A stretch of 64,000 nt of DNA from an uncultured Phycisphaerales bacterium (GCA_963718665.1 OY970359.1:576001-640000); one strand, 5' to 3'; numbered from the stretch's first letter, positions 31,366 through 42,224 are shown. The notes: generated by a model not told the origin, from the letters alone. A program made the numbers and translations.

Positions 31366-32061
31366 ATGAAGAACAGGAAATTCAAAGCATACTTCTGGCT
31401 TGCACTGCCTCTTGTGCTCGTGTTACTGGCGTTTGTCCTGGTAACGCACAGACCAAAATATTACGCCCCGCTTCGAATCGCCGACCAGAGACAAATCAGC
31501 GTCTATCTGAGTAACTATTTGATGCCGACAGTTTACAACAACTCACAGCTTGATGACCCCTTCGAGGTCGTAATCACGGAGGAAGGCCTTAATGATATAA
31601 TCGCACGCTGGCGCCAGCCGGTAAAATTCAATAACATCACCTTCACTGACCCGCAGGCAATTTTCACGCAAAGCCAAATTATACTGATGGCGACAGCCAA
31701 AACGCGTTTTGCCAATCCCATTCTGACTGTCCGTATAACTCCCGCGATAAATTCATTCAGCCAGTTAAATATCCACGTTGACGGCGTATCCCTCGGCGAG
31801 GCCGGCATCACAACACTCACAAAATCAATGGGTAACAAGGCCTTTACTGACTGGCTTGCGTTCACGGGCACAGAGCCGAATAATATCGTCGCACAGGTAT
31901 GCAGGTCGCTGCTCAACGATGAGCCGTTCGACCCGGTCTTCAAAGTAGGCGACAAATCTCTGCGCATCTGCAAAATCAAGCTCGAAAAAAAGAAAATAAC
32001 CGCACTTTTGCTTCCTCTTCCCGACGCCCCACGCCCTTCTTCTAAAACAAAACATCATTGA
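31366..32061 (+). CDS. Hypothetical membrane-anchored protein
   Basis: Long ORF with one N-terminal TM segment; ATG at 31366. Confidence 0.7.
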   Translation: MKNRKFKAYFWLALPLVLVLLAFVLVTHRPKYYAPLRIADQRQISVYLSNYLMPTVYNNSQLDDPFEVVITEEGLNDIIARWRQPVKFNNITFTDPQAIFTQSQIILMATAKTRFANPILTVRITPAINSFSQLNIHVDGVSLGEAGITTLTKSMGNKAFTDWLAFTGTEPNNIVAQVCRSLLNDEPFDPVFKVGDKSLRICKIKLEKKKITALLLPLPDAPRPSSKTKHH

Positions 32062-32254
32062 ATATCCAGTCGCATTATCGGACTATAGCAAAACCACTCG
32101 TAATAAAGTCCGCGATTTCCCTATTTTGTGGCGGAAATACCTCGCTACGCCCTAAAAAGCCGTCTAAATGCTCAATCCGTCGTAATTTAACAACGATATA
32201 AAGAGCATAATTCAGGTTTCAATGATTGTTTTTTCTGTTAACTGGGGACGATTT

Positions 32255-33019
32255 ATGAGCACTTTATTGACCGAAAAACCGGGCGTCATGAGTGCTGACG
32301 AACGTGAAAAACTGCTCAAACAGATTGAAAGCATAAGCAAGGAATTCCAGGACTTCGTGTACATCATTTCACACGACCTGAAGGCGCCGTTGCGCGCGAT
32401 AAATGCGCTGTCCGACTGGATTGCCACTGATTACGCCGACAAGTTTGACGACGACGGCAAAGAACAGCTCAAGATGCTTACCACCCGCGTAAACAGGATG
32501 CAAAACCTCCTCGACGGCGTTCTGCAATACTCAAGAATCGGCCGTATTAAAGAAGACCCGGCTCCAATCGACCTCAATCAGCTTTTGCAGGAAATCATAA
32601 AGCTGCTCGGCGCACCGGCTAATATACATATAACCGTCGAAGGCCGGCTGCCCGTTATCACCTCCGAACCAACCCGCATACAGCAGGTCTTTCAGCATCT
32701 GCTCAGCAACGCCGTAAGATTTATGGATAAACCCGAAGGTTTCATCAAAGTCGCCTGCGCCGAGGAAAACGGCTTCTGGAAATTCAGCATCGCAGACAAC
32801 GGGCCGGGCATCCCCGAACAGCACTTCGAAAAAATCTTCCGGCTCTTCCAGACCCTTCAGGCCAAAGACCAGTTCGAAAGCACAGGTGCAGGTCTGACGC
32901 TCGCAAAAAAAATCGTCGAATTATACGGCGGCAAAATATGGCTCACCTCCACCGTCGGCCAGGGTTCAACGTTCTTTTTCACACTGCCAAAAACAGACGG
33001 CCAAATAAAAACCGATTAA
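32255..33019 (+). CDS. Sensor-less histidine kinase (HisKA + HATPase)
   Basis: YIISHDLKAPLRAI, QVFQHLLSNAV, ADNGPGI, GAGLTLAKKIVE. Confidence 0.9.
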   Translation: MSTLLTEKPGVMSADEREKLLKQIESISKEFQDFVYIISHDLKAPLRAINALSDWIATDYADKFDDDGKEQLKMLTTRVNRMQNLLDGVLQYSRIGRIKEDPAPIDLNQLLQEIIKLLGAPANIHITVEGRLPVITSEPTRIQQVFQHLLSNAVRFMDKPEGFIKVACAEENGFWKFSIADNGPGIPEQHFEKIFRLFQTLQAKDQFESTGAGLTLAKKIVELYGGKIWLTSTVGQGSTFFFTLPKTDGQIKTD

Positions 33020-33034
33020 ACAGGGGACAACTAT

Positions 33035-34174
33035 ATGAAACTCGAACAAAATATATGGGCGCAAAAAACCGGCTGGCAGCCGTCAGCGCCCGGAGTAATT
33101 GGAAAATCCGCACAACTGGTCCTGGTTTTTGGTTCGACCGACCTGTTCAAACAGGCGCCCCTGCCAAAAGAACTGACCAACGCATATCCAGACGCACATT
33201 TTGTCGGCTGCTCCACGGCAGGAGAAATTTGCGGAACAACAGTATATGACGACTCCCTGACAACCGTGGCGGTACATTTTGAAAAAACCACCGTCAAAAC
33301 TCATGAAGTGGAAGTCAACTCCGTTGAGGATAGTTTCCTGGCCGGCGAGCGCCTCGCAGCAATTGTGAATCCGGCCAACCTGAGCCACCTCTTTGTACTT
33401 TCAAAAGGCGTTAATATCAACGGAAGTGAACTCGTCAAAGGGCTTGAAAAAAACCTCCCTGAGAGCGTAATTGTAACCGGAGGCCTGGCAGGAGACGGCC
33501 CGAAGTTTCAGGAAACATTAACCTTCTCCGACGGCGTTCCCAAAAATAACGTCATATCCGCAATCGCATTCTACGGCCACAAACTAAAAGTCGGCTATGG
33601 CTCCGTCGGCGGATGGGACCCTTTCGGCCCCGAAAGAATTGTCACCCGCTCAAAAGGTAACGTCCTCTATGAGCTTGACGGGAAAAACGCCCTGGAACTC
33701 TACAAGCAGTATCTCGGCGAACACGCGAAAGGCCTGCCCGCCACCGGCTTGTTTTTCCCCCTGGGTATTCGAGATAATGAGGCAACTACCAGTTTGGTCC
33801 GCACCATCCTGGCCACAAATGACAAAGAGCAGAGTATAACATTTGCAGGCGACGTCCCCCAGGGCTTCCACGCCCGCCTGATGAAGTTTAATTATGAACG
33901 AATGATAGATGCCGCAGCCCAGGCCGCGAAAAACTGCCTCGACACAATCGATTTCCCTAAAGTCGAGCTGGCAATTATCGTTAGTTGTTGTGGAAGAAAG
34001 TGGATTCTTAAACAGCGGGTTGAAGAAGAAATTGAAGCGGTCCGCGAAATCTTCAGTAATGACACCATCCTTACCGGTTTCTACTCATACGGAGAAATAG
34101 CGCCGGTCGCGGGCGGCAGAAAATGCGCCCTTCATAACGAGACAATGACAATAACCGCGTTTTCCGAGGCCTGA
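33035..34174 (+). CDS. FIST N/C signal transduction protein
   Basis: GCSTAGEI, GGLAGDG, GGWDPFG, SCCGRK, GFYSYGEI, LHNETMT. Confidence 0.92.
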   Translation: MKLEQNIWAQKTGWQPSAPGVIGKSAQLVLVFGSTDLFKQAPLPKELTNAYPDAHFVGCSTAGEICGTTVYDDSLTTVAVHFEKTTVKTHEVEVNSVEDSFLAGERLAAIVNPANLSHLFVLSKGVNINGSELVKGLEKNLPESVIVTGGLAGDGPKFQETLTFSDGVPKNNVISAIAFYGHKLKVGYGSVGGWDPFGPERIVTRSKGNVLYELDGKNALELYKQYLGEHAKGLPATGLFFPLGIRDNEATTSLVRTILATNDKEQSITFAGDVPQGFHARLMKFNYERMIDAAAQAAKNCLDTIDFPKVELAIIVSCCGRKWILKQRVEEEIEAVREIFSNDTILTGFYSYGEIAPVAGGRKCALHNETMTITAFSEA

Positions 34175-34176
34175 CA

Positions 34177-35565
34177 ATGGATAAAATGCACAGCTTACTC
34201 AGACGCCAGATTAAAAAAATCTTCGGCTCCGCCGATAACATCCCTAAAGATTTTCAGGAAATAATCGGCGTCGTCAACGAGGCATACTTCAATTTCGATG
34301 CCGACCGGCTCCTGCTTGAACGCTCCATCGAAATCAGCTCACATGAATTAGTCGAGGCCAACTCCCAGATGCGGTCTATCCTTCAGGCCATACCGGATAT
34401 GTTCCTCAGAATTGATGCCGACGGGAAAATCCTTGAATGCAAAATACCGGCAAACAACACTTTCAGCCATCTCAAAGCCAATGAACTCGTTGGAAAAAGT
34501 ATTTATACATGTTTTGGCCCTCTGGCCGCACGCCGACTCGAATGGTCAGTCAGAAGGGCCGTAAAAAACAAAACCGTCGAAATCGCGGAGTATTCAGTCC
34601 AGAACCAGGCAGAACAATTCCGTGAAGCGCGAGTGGTCTGGCTGGGTGATGAACAGCTTATAGTGATTGTCCGCGATATAACCGAAAGAAAACTCGCCGA
34701 AGACCGCCTGCTTGAGAGTCGGCGAACGCTTCAAACACTGATGAGCAACCTCCCGGGAATGGCATATCGCTGCCGGAATGACCGCGACTGGACTATGGAA
34801 TTTGTCAACGAAGGAAGCATCAATCTCACCGGCTATCGGCCCGCCGAACTCATCAACAACAGTAAAATAACATACAACCAGTTGATTCATCCGGATGAGT
34901 GCGAAAAGGTATGGGATACTATTCAGGCCGCACTGAAAGAACACAAACCGTTCCAGCTAACCTACAGAATAAAAACCGCTGACGGTGAACAAAAATGGGT
35001 ATTGGAGCAGGGACAGGGCATATTCACCTCCAAAGGTGAACTGCTGGCCATCGAAGGATTTATTTCAGACATCACCGACAAAGTGCAAATGCAGGAATCT
35101 ATCAAAGAAAGCGAACGTTTCCTTTCCGAAGTATTTGCCAGCATCCAGGACGGCATCAGCGTGCTTGATACCAACTTCAATATTGTCAGGACCAATGCGG
35201 CTATGGAAAAGTGGTATGCACACGCTATGCCTCTGGTAGGCAAGAAATGTTACGAAGCTTACCACGGACGCAAAACACGCTGCGACGCCTGCCCAACCTG
35301 TCGAACCCTTGAAACCGGCAAAGCTGATTACGATGTAGTCCCCAAAATAGGGCCGGGCGGAAAAGTTACGGGCTGGATTGACCTCTACAGCTTCCCCCTG
35401 ATTGATACTACAACAGGAAAACTAAAGGGTGTAATCGAGTATGTTCGTGAAATCACTGATGTCAATGCACGCAGGGCCGCCGAAAAAAAACTCGCAGAAT
35501 CGCCAAAAAAATCCGTCGACGATGAAGCCCCTGCCGTGGTAACAACATCGGCAACCGAAATATAA
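34177..35565 (+). CDS. Multi-PAS domain protein with no recognisable output domain
   Basis: N-terminal LLRRQ/ADRLLLERS helix, PAS folds (NLPGMAYRC, IHPDE, GKKCY), ends after EYVREITD. Confidence 0.85.
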   Translation: MDKMHSLLRRQIKKIFGSADNIPKDFQEIIGVVNEAYFNFDADRLLLERSIEISSHELVEANSQMRSILQAIPDMFLRIDADGKILECKIPANNTFSHLKANELVGKSIYTCFGPLAARRLEWSVRRAVKNKTVEIAEYSVQNQAEQFREARVVWLGDEQLIVIVRDITERKLAEDRLLESRRTLQTLMSNLPGMAYRCRNDRDWTMEFVNEGSINLTGYRPAELINNSKITYNQLIHPDECEKVWDTIQAALKEHKPFQLTYRIKTADGEQKWVLEQGQGIFTSKGELLAIEGFISDITDKVQMQESIKESERFLSEVFASIQDGISVLDTNFNIVRTNAAMEKWYAHAMPLVGKKCYEAYHGRKTRCDACPTCRTLETGKADYDVVPKIGPGGKVTGWIDLYSFPLIDTTTGKLKGVIEYVREITDVNARRAAEKKLAESPKKSVDDEAPAVVTTSATEI

Positions 35566-35566
35566 T

Positions 35567-37995
35567 ATGCAAAGCGCAAATCCAATAACAACCAAGTCGC
35601 CGAAAAAAGATGGGGAAGCAATCAAATTGCCCATCCTCATACCGCTATTTGCCTCAATTTTGCTGTTGCTGATAATTTTCACCCTCGCTATCTATCGTCT
35701 CCAGCAAAAACACATCAACGATGACGTCCAGGCCCGCCTCAACAATGTCTCTCGCTATTTTAACCAGTTCCTCGCCTCGGATGCCCGACTCATCGGCGAA
35801 ACAACTCATTTCGTAAAGGATAATCCGGACATTCAAAACGCCTGGCTCGCAAAAGACCGCAACACCCTGCTGACCCTGACCGCCCCCATATTTGAAAAGC
35901 TCCACCAGGATTACAGGATAACACACCTGTATTTCATCGACGTTAATCAGACCTGCTTTCTGCGAGTCCATAATCCGCCGCGATTCGGCGACCACATAAC
36001 CCGCTTCACGCTCAAATCCGCAGCCGAAACCGTAAAACCATACTGGGGCATCGAGCTGGGACCATACGGCACTTTTACGCTACGAGTGGTTCAGCCCTGG
36101 TTCGTAAACAATACCCTAACCGGATTTGTGGAATTCGGCGAAGAAATCGACCATATCGCGCCACAGCTTAAAAGCGTTGTCAACGTTGACTTGGCTTTTC
36201 TGATAGATAAATCGCTCCTCAACCGCGATGACTGGCAGGAAGGGCTTAAAATGGTGGGACGCACAGGCGACTGGGACCTGATGCCTAACTGTGTAATAGC
36301 CGATTCCACTATGCCTGAAGTTACGCCGGAATTTATAAAACTCGCTGGCCTGCCGCACAAAGAACATCAAGACCATATCCTCACCGCAAAACTGGACGGC
36401 TCAACTTTTTCCGCCGGCTTCGTCAAACTTTCAGACGCCGCGGGACACGAAGTCGGCAACATCCTCGTTATTAAAAATATCACAAAAGAACGGACTTCGC
36501 TCCAGATGCTGCTGGTAACCATCGCAACCATGAGCTTCCTGATAGCATCCACGCTCATTTCGTTCTTCTACATCCACATCGCCGGCATAGAAAAACACAT
36601 TATTGAAACGCACGTCTCGCTCGCAACAGAAATCGAAAAACGAAAAGAAGTCGAGATACTGCTTCGCAAACACAAAGACAATCTTGAAGACACAGTCAAA
36701 GAACGAACAGGAGAACTTGAACAAACCAATAAATACCTTCAGGGAGAAATTGTTGAACGCCAAAAAGCGGAAAACTCGCTGCGAAAAAGCGAGGAACGCT
36801 TCAAACAGGTGGCCGAAAGCGCCGACGCCTGGATTTGGGAAGTTAATGCCGAAGGATTATATACTTATTCAAGCCATGTTGCAGAAAAGGTGCTTGGATA
36901 TAAGCCGGAAGAAATCGTCGGGAAAAAATATTTTATGACTTCTTCACCCCGGAAGTGAAGGAAGAGTTCAAGAAAGCCGCATTTGAAACTTTTAACAAGA
37001 AAGAGAGATTTAGCGGCTTCGTTAATCCTAATATACATAAGAACGGCAGCACCGTCATTTTAGAGACGACCGGCACACCAATCTTGGACGACAAAAGGAA
37101 TCTTTGTGGATATCGCGGAGCAGATGTAGACATTACCGAACGCAATAAGGCCCAGCAGCGTCAGACCCAGCTGCTCGAACAGTTGGAAAAGACCAACAAA
37201 CGCCTCCAGCAGGAAAACGAACTACGCACAAAGGCAGAAAAATCGCTTGAAAAACTCAACGCCGACCTCGAATCTACCGCCATCCAGTTAAGCCGAACCA
37301 ATAAACAGCTAAATGAATTCGCCCACTTGGCCACGCACGACCTGAAAACCCCCCTGCGCGGCATCGGCACGCTGGCACAATGGCTATACACCGATTATTA
37401 CGACAAGCTCGACGACGACGGACGCCAACAAATAAACCTGCTGGTCAAAAGAGTCAGGCGAATGGACAACATTATCAACGCCATTCTGCAATACTCCGCA
37501 ACCACCAGAGACAAACTCAAAGAACGCAAGGTCGATTTGAATATATTGCTCAAGACAGCCGTTGATAAAATTAACCCGCCCGAAAACATCAAAATAACTA
37601 TAAACAAAACCCTTCCCGTCCTGATATGCGAAGAGGAACACCTCTGGCAGGTATTTCTCAACCTTATCTCCAACGCCGTAAAATTTTCCGACAAACCGCA
37701 GGCGACCATCATAATCGACGTAGAAGACGAAAAATACTTCTGGAAGTTCAGCGTCGCCGACAACGGCCCCGGCATCGAACCGCAGCATTTCGATAGAATA
37801 TTCCAGCTCTTCCAGACGCTCAATAACCACGACGACGTCGAAAGCGAAGGCATTGGCCTGACCCTGACCAAAAAAATCGTCGAACTCTATGACGGCAAAA
37901 TCTGGCTCACCTCCAAAGTCGGCGTCGGCTCCACCTTCTTCTTCACCATCCCAAAGCAAATGACCGCCGTCTCAAAATCCCCCCAGCCCGCCTAA
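35567..37995 (+). CDS. Membrane Cache-like/PAS sensor histidine kinase, split by one missing T near 36931-36934
   Basis: 2 TM plus periplasmic domain and PAS in 35567-36958; kinase (ATHDLKTPLRGI, NLISNAVKF, DNGPGI) in the next frame. TATTTTATGAC vs expected TATTTTTATGAC (KYFYDFF). Confidence 0.88.
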
Positions 37996-38290
37996 ATTCC
38001 ACCGCAATAATTTCACATTCCTGACCTGCGATTACCGCGAATTGTTTTTTTGCGAAATATTTTTTATCGTAAGCTTTCCCCCTGTAAGTACTTATGGATA
38101 ACAGGCGCAAAATCATTCGTTTTTTTTCATCAACATTAGCATTGGTCAGTCGCCTTCTGATATAGAAGCAGGAGAACTATGTTTATGACACTACCCAAAG
38201 TTCCAGAAATAGTCGCAATTCGGCAAGTTCAAGTAAACGCCGGTCAACACCCCACAAATGTATACGCAGGATTTATCGGAGGAAACCCCA

Positions 38291-40063
38291 ATGGCTAAAA
38301 GAATCATTCTAATCTCATCATTTCCCATTTGCGTCGTTCTTGTGATTATTGCCCTTATTTTGGCAGGCGTCGGACACGGACAACCGGCAAGTACCCCTGC
38401 AAACATTGAACAGGCAAAATCACAGACTATCTCATCGGTTAATTTGGGCAAATTAGATGACGCTAATACAGCGATTGATAAGCTTATCGCCGGCTATGCC
38501 AATAATGCGAATTCGGCCTCGACCCTTGCGGATGCCGCAAACCAGTGCGCCTGGGACAGAAATTACGATGGCGCCAATAGGTTATACCGTGCAGTTGTTG
38601 ATAAAGAGCCGAATAATCCAATGTCGGTTAAGGCCCGTTTAGGTTTGGCCCGGCTGAATGCCCTTACGCTTATTGAAGAAAAGAACTATCCTCCTGCTCA
38701 GCAGCAGGCCGATTCTATGGCCGTTGATTTCAACAGCGAATCGGACCTCCCGGTGGCATTATTTCATATCGGCAAGGAATTTACCTGGCAGCACAGATAT
38801 AGCGAGGCAAAAGACGCTCTTGCCCACATAGATAATAACTCCCTGTCTGATTCATTTTCAAAAGAGGTTCAATTGTGGACGGCAAGGGCGAATGTCTGCT
38901 CGCTTATCAACAAGACAACCGATACAGAGGTCGTTGCCGCAATAGATAAGCTGATGACTGATTTTGCGGGCGATTCGGGCTTGGCGGAGGCGGTTTACTG
39001 GATAAGCAAGGAATATGAGTGGAAAAAAGGCACATCGATTAACAGGGCGGGCTGGTACGACACGCCCAACAGCGTATATCAGAAAATAATGCAGGAGTTC
39101 AGCGATACGCCTTATGGTCAGGAGGCGGAATGGGACCAGAAGCGATTGGCATACCGGATGAAAATCTTCAAATTGATACAGGAGCCGAATCAGGCCGCAA
39201 CGGATGCCGCGATTGAAACTATGATAACTGACCTTAAAGGCAGACCTGAGCTTGCGGGTGAACTTTACTGGATTGCCTGCGGCTACGAAGAGCGGCCGGA
39301 TAAAGGTTCACAGGCAGAGCAGATGTACGCCCGGATAGTAAATGATTGCCCGGGAACGGACGAGGCGGACAGGGCCGTTCTCGATGTCCGGCGAAGGATT
39401 TTTAGCGACGTTCTCGATTCAGGCGACGTAAATTCGGCTTATACACTGCTGGACAATTTTATCGCTGACTTCAAACAGAATCTCTACGCCGGCGACTGCC
39501 TGGGCCGGGTTACTATGGGTTGTTATAAGAAGGCAGAGGAGCTTAGGGACCAGAATCAGCCGGATAAGGCAATGCTGTATCACCAGGTATGCGCGAATGT
39601 ATGGGAGCGGATACAAAACAACAGTCTGCCGATTACCAGCGACCTCGTGTATTTGTACTTCTACGTTGCCATTAATTATCACGAAATGCACAGGTGGACG
39701 GATGCTATCAATAATTATCAAAAAGTCCTCGACAACTGGCCTGATTTTGAACACGCCTGCGGGATACAGGCGGCAATCGGCGGCTGTTACGAAAAGCTTA
39801 GAGATAAGGAAGGAGTTCCGAAAGAAGGGGTAAATCCTTTAATAGAGGATGCCTACATAGCAATTTTGACTAATTACCCCAACTGTTATGCAATTAAAAA
39901 TGCGGCATATAAACTTGCCGGGATCATGCTGGAAAAAGGTGATAAGGCCTCTGCTGCGAAGTATTATAAGAAGTTTCTTGAAACAGCCAGACCTAATGAT
40001 GACCGTCTTGCACCTGTTAAAGCCAAACTTGCCGAATTGACCGCCGAAGGAGGGAACAACTAA
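38291..40063 (+). CDS. Secreted tetratricopeptide-repeat protein, head gene of the cassette array
   Basis: Signal-like N-terminus after GGAGG RBS; helical repeats (LAEAVYWI, LAGELYWI, AINNYQKVLDNWP, AAYKLA); stop overlaps the next ATG (TAATG). Confidence 0.85.
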   Translation: MAKRIILISSFPICVVLVIIALILAGVGHGQPASTPANIEQAKSQTISSVNLGKLDDANTAIDKLIAGYANNANSASTLADAANQCAWDRNYDGANRLYRAVVDKEPNNPMSVKARLGLARLNALTLIEEKNYPPAQQQADSMAVDFNSESDLPVALFHIGKEFTWQHRYSEAKDALAHIDNNSLSDSFSKEVQLWTARANVCSLINKTTDTEVVAAIDKLMTDFAGDSGLAEAVYWISKEYEWKKGTSINRAGWYDTPNSVYQKIMQEFSDTPYGQEAEWDQKRLAYRMKIFKLIQEPNQAATDAAIETMITDLKGRPELAGELYWIACGYEERPDKGSQAEQMYARIVNDCPGTDEADRAVLDVRRRIFSDVLDSGDVNSAYTLLDNFIADFKQNLYAGDCLGRVTMGCYKKAEELRDQNQPDKAMLYHQVCANVWERIQNNSLPITSDLVYLYFYVAINYHEMHRWTDAINNYQKVLDNWPDFEHACGIQAAIGGCYEKLRDKEGVPKEGVNPLIEDAYIAILTNYPNCYAIKNAAYKLAGIMLEKGDKASAAKYYKKFLETARPNDDRLAPVKAKLAELTAEGGNN

Positions 40064-40439
40064 TGATAATGCTGCTTACAAAAAAGACCTTATGGACGTA
40101 TATTATTACAAGCATGGTTTTATTTATAACAATACTTGTTAATGATGCCTTCGGTGTTGGTGGTGGTGGTGGCCATCCGCCTTGCCCGGTATGCTATAGC
40201 TGGGGTTATGATGATGTCTTGGATGAGTGGGGATGTTATATTTGGACCTGCGGTAATCAACAGTGTTGCAACGGAACATGTTTTGACCCTAGTACCACGG
40301 GATGCTGTAACGGCGTAACCTATGACCTTAGTTCCCAGGCATGTTGCGGCGGGGCGATTCAGACTAAAGGCGGCTGTATGGACTGCATAAATAACGCATG
40401 GGTATCCACTTGCGATTCCTCCCAGTGCCAGACCTGCGA
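39690..40439 (+). repeat. ~750-bp near-identical direct repeat, copy 1 (TPR 3' end plus Cys-rich 5' end); copy 2 at ~47735-48484
   Basis: Sequences align at a constant offset of 8045 bp (40063 vs 48108). Confidence 0.92.
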
Positions 40440-40983
40440 TGGTAGTGGCGATTGTGTATCAAAGTGCGACCCAAGCCAATGCCAGACCTGTGTGAACGGC
40501 AACTGTCCGGTTTGTTATCCGCACAAGTTGAACTGCTGTGATGATTACGATTGCTATCATTGTGTCGAGAAATCCTTCGGCGAAATCTGCCAACCATGTC
40601 TTTGGAAACCCTGGTCTTATGCGGTATTAATGACGTGTCATATGATGCCTGATCCACTATTTGACCCATGTTCGGATGGATGTTCAAATCCTTTTGGTGA
40701 CCATCCAGATGACCCCGCCGATTGTTGCGCTCCGGATAATTCGAGCTTTTATTGGGCTTGTTATAACCACGATTTCTGCTATCAAACCTGTGGAATGCCC
40801 AAAAGCCCTTGTGACAATTACTTTGGCGATGATATGGAAGCTGTATGTTCGAGCACAACTCTCTTATGCCATATTGTATGTGAGGCCCAAAGGGTAATAT
40901 ACTGGACGGCAGTATCACTTTGCGGAGAAGGCCCTTACGAAAGTGACCAATTAGATGCATGTGTTTGTTGTGATTGTTCTTAA
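40063..40983 (+). CDS. Cys-rich secreted protein, cassette A: constant di-Cys repeat N-terminus plus phospholipase A2-like C-terminus
   Basis: Full signal peptide, GVGGGGGHPPC, CCNG repeats; DGCS...FYWACYNHDFCYQTCG..K..CD..F matches the sPLA2 His-Asp motif (group XII-like spacing). Confidence 0.85.
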   Translation: MIMLLTKKTLWTYIITSMVLFITILVNDAFGVGGGGGHPPCPVCYSWGYDDVLDEWGCYIWTCGNQQCCNGTCFDPSTTGCCNGVTYDLSSQACCGGAIQTKGGCMDCINNAWVSTCDSSQCQTCDGSGDCVSKCDPSQCQTCVNGNCPVCYPHKLNCCDDYDCYHCVEKSFGEICQPCLWKPWSYAVLMTCHMMPDPLFDPCSDGCSNPFGDHPDDPADCCAPDNSSFYWACYNHDFCYQTCGMPKSPCDNYFGDDMEAVCSSTTLLCHIVCEAQRVIYWTAVSLCGEGPYESDQLDACVCCDCS

Positions 40984-41015
40984 CAGGTAAAATGAAATGA
41001 AATAGGAGATTTGAA

Positions 41016-42224
41016 ATGCGATGCTTATCGAAAAATATGGCCGGACTTGTGATTTGTATTATGACGTCAAATTTATACGCAGAAAAATTGACCGTGGTTT
41101 GGGAAAAAGAATTAGGCGATGACAATAATCTCAGTTATGTCGGTCACGAGGCAGTATGCAATAATGGGACTCTACAAGTTGTTGGTTATGCGTTTGATTC
41201 AAAAGCGCGTTCATCCGGAAAGTACTGGTTCTGGCAGATTAATTCTGACGGTAACATCGTATCACATGAAGATTTCCACGCTGTTTCAAATGTACGTCCC
41301 TCGGATATTATTTTCGGCTCATGGCTAACAAAAGGATTGAAAGTTGACCAGAGCGGTATGTACTGTGCGGGCAAGTTCGGCTCAAAGGAGCACTCTTTCG
41401 CTAAGTTCGGAGCAAGCGACAAAAAATTGCTCAAAAAACAAATCCCAATTGACCCCAATAAAAAACCTGGTGATTCGAATCATATGTCAGAAGAATTTGT
41501 TCTCAAAATGGCTGACCTGTCGGATAACAAGTTCCTTTTGGTGGGAAGAGACTCGCAATCTAATGGTTTTGCCGCAAAAGTCGATTCGGATGGTGACGTT
41601 TATTGGTGCAGAGTGTTTGAGAAAAGCAAATTGTCTTTTATTGTCGATGCTGTTGAAGTCGAAAATAGTTTGATATTGTTGGAGTGTTTTTCAGATGGCG
41701 GACCTAAAAATAATTTCTATGAAGGTTTTAATTGTCGCCTTATAAAATGTGATTCCGACGGTAATATTCTTTATGAAAAGTCCTTTATCGGAAGCGGCGC
41801 ATTTCCAAACAAATACCCGGAATTGCACAAAACCGATTCAAACAGTTTCTCAGTCGGTTACGACAAACAGTGCGATTTGACCAGAATAGAATATTGTGTG
41901 GTCAAATATGATGATAAGCTAAATCTGTTGTCTGAAAAAACAATCATCGATAAGGAAACCAAAACACCTGTTTATATACATATATTGCCGGTTTCATCTG
42001 GAGGGTTTATTACTGCTTATAATGATACTTTGGGCAAAATTACCGTTAGCAAATATTCGGGTTCAGGAGATTTATCGACCTCTTTGACTTTGGATAATAT
42101 TGTTGTAATCGATGATTTCCGAATTGTCGGTTCAGGCAATAAGTGCTTTATTATCGCATTGTCAATGCCCGCAAGTACCGATAACCGTGTGAAGACGAAA
42201 ATAGCTGCTTTGACTATTGAATAA
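41016..42224 (+). CDS. Secreted beta-propeller-like partner protein (cassette A)
   Basis: RBS AGGAG, signal peptide, repeated (K/Q)xDSDGxxxW-type blades; paralog at 51126. Confidence 0.8.
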   Translation: MRCLSKNMAGLVICIMTSNLYAEKLTVVWEKELGDDNNLSYVGHEAVCNNGTLQVVGYAFDSKARSSGKYWFWQINSDGNIVSHEDFHAVSNVRPSDIIFGSWLTKGLKVDQSGMYCAGKFGSKEHSFAKFGASDKKLLKKQIPIDPNKKPGDSNHMSEEFVLKMADLSDNKFLLVGRDSQSNGFAAKVDSDGDVYWCRVFEKSKLSFIVDAVEVENSLILLECFSDGGPKNNFYEGFNCRLIKCDSDGNILYEKSFIGSGAFPNKYPELHKTDSNSFSVGYDKQCDLTRIEYCVVKYDDKLNLLSEKTIIDKETKTPVYIHILPVSSGGFITAYNDTLGKITVSKYSGSGDLSTSLTLDNIVVIDDFRIVGSGNKCFIIALSMPASTDNRVKTKIAALTIE

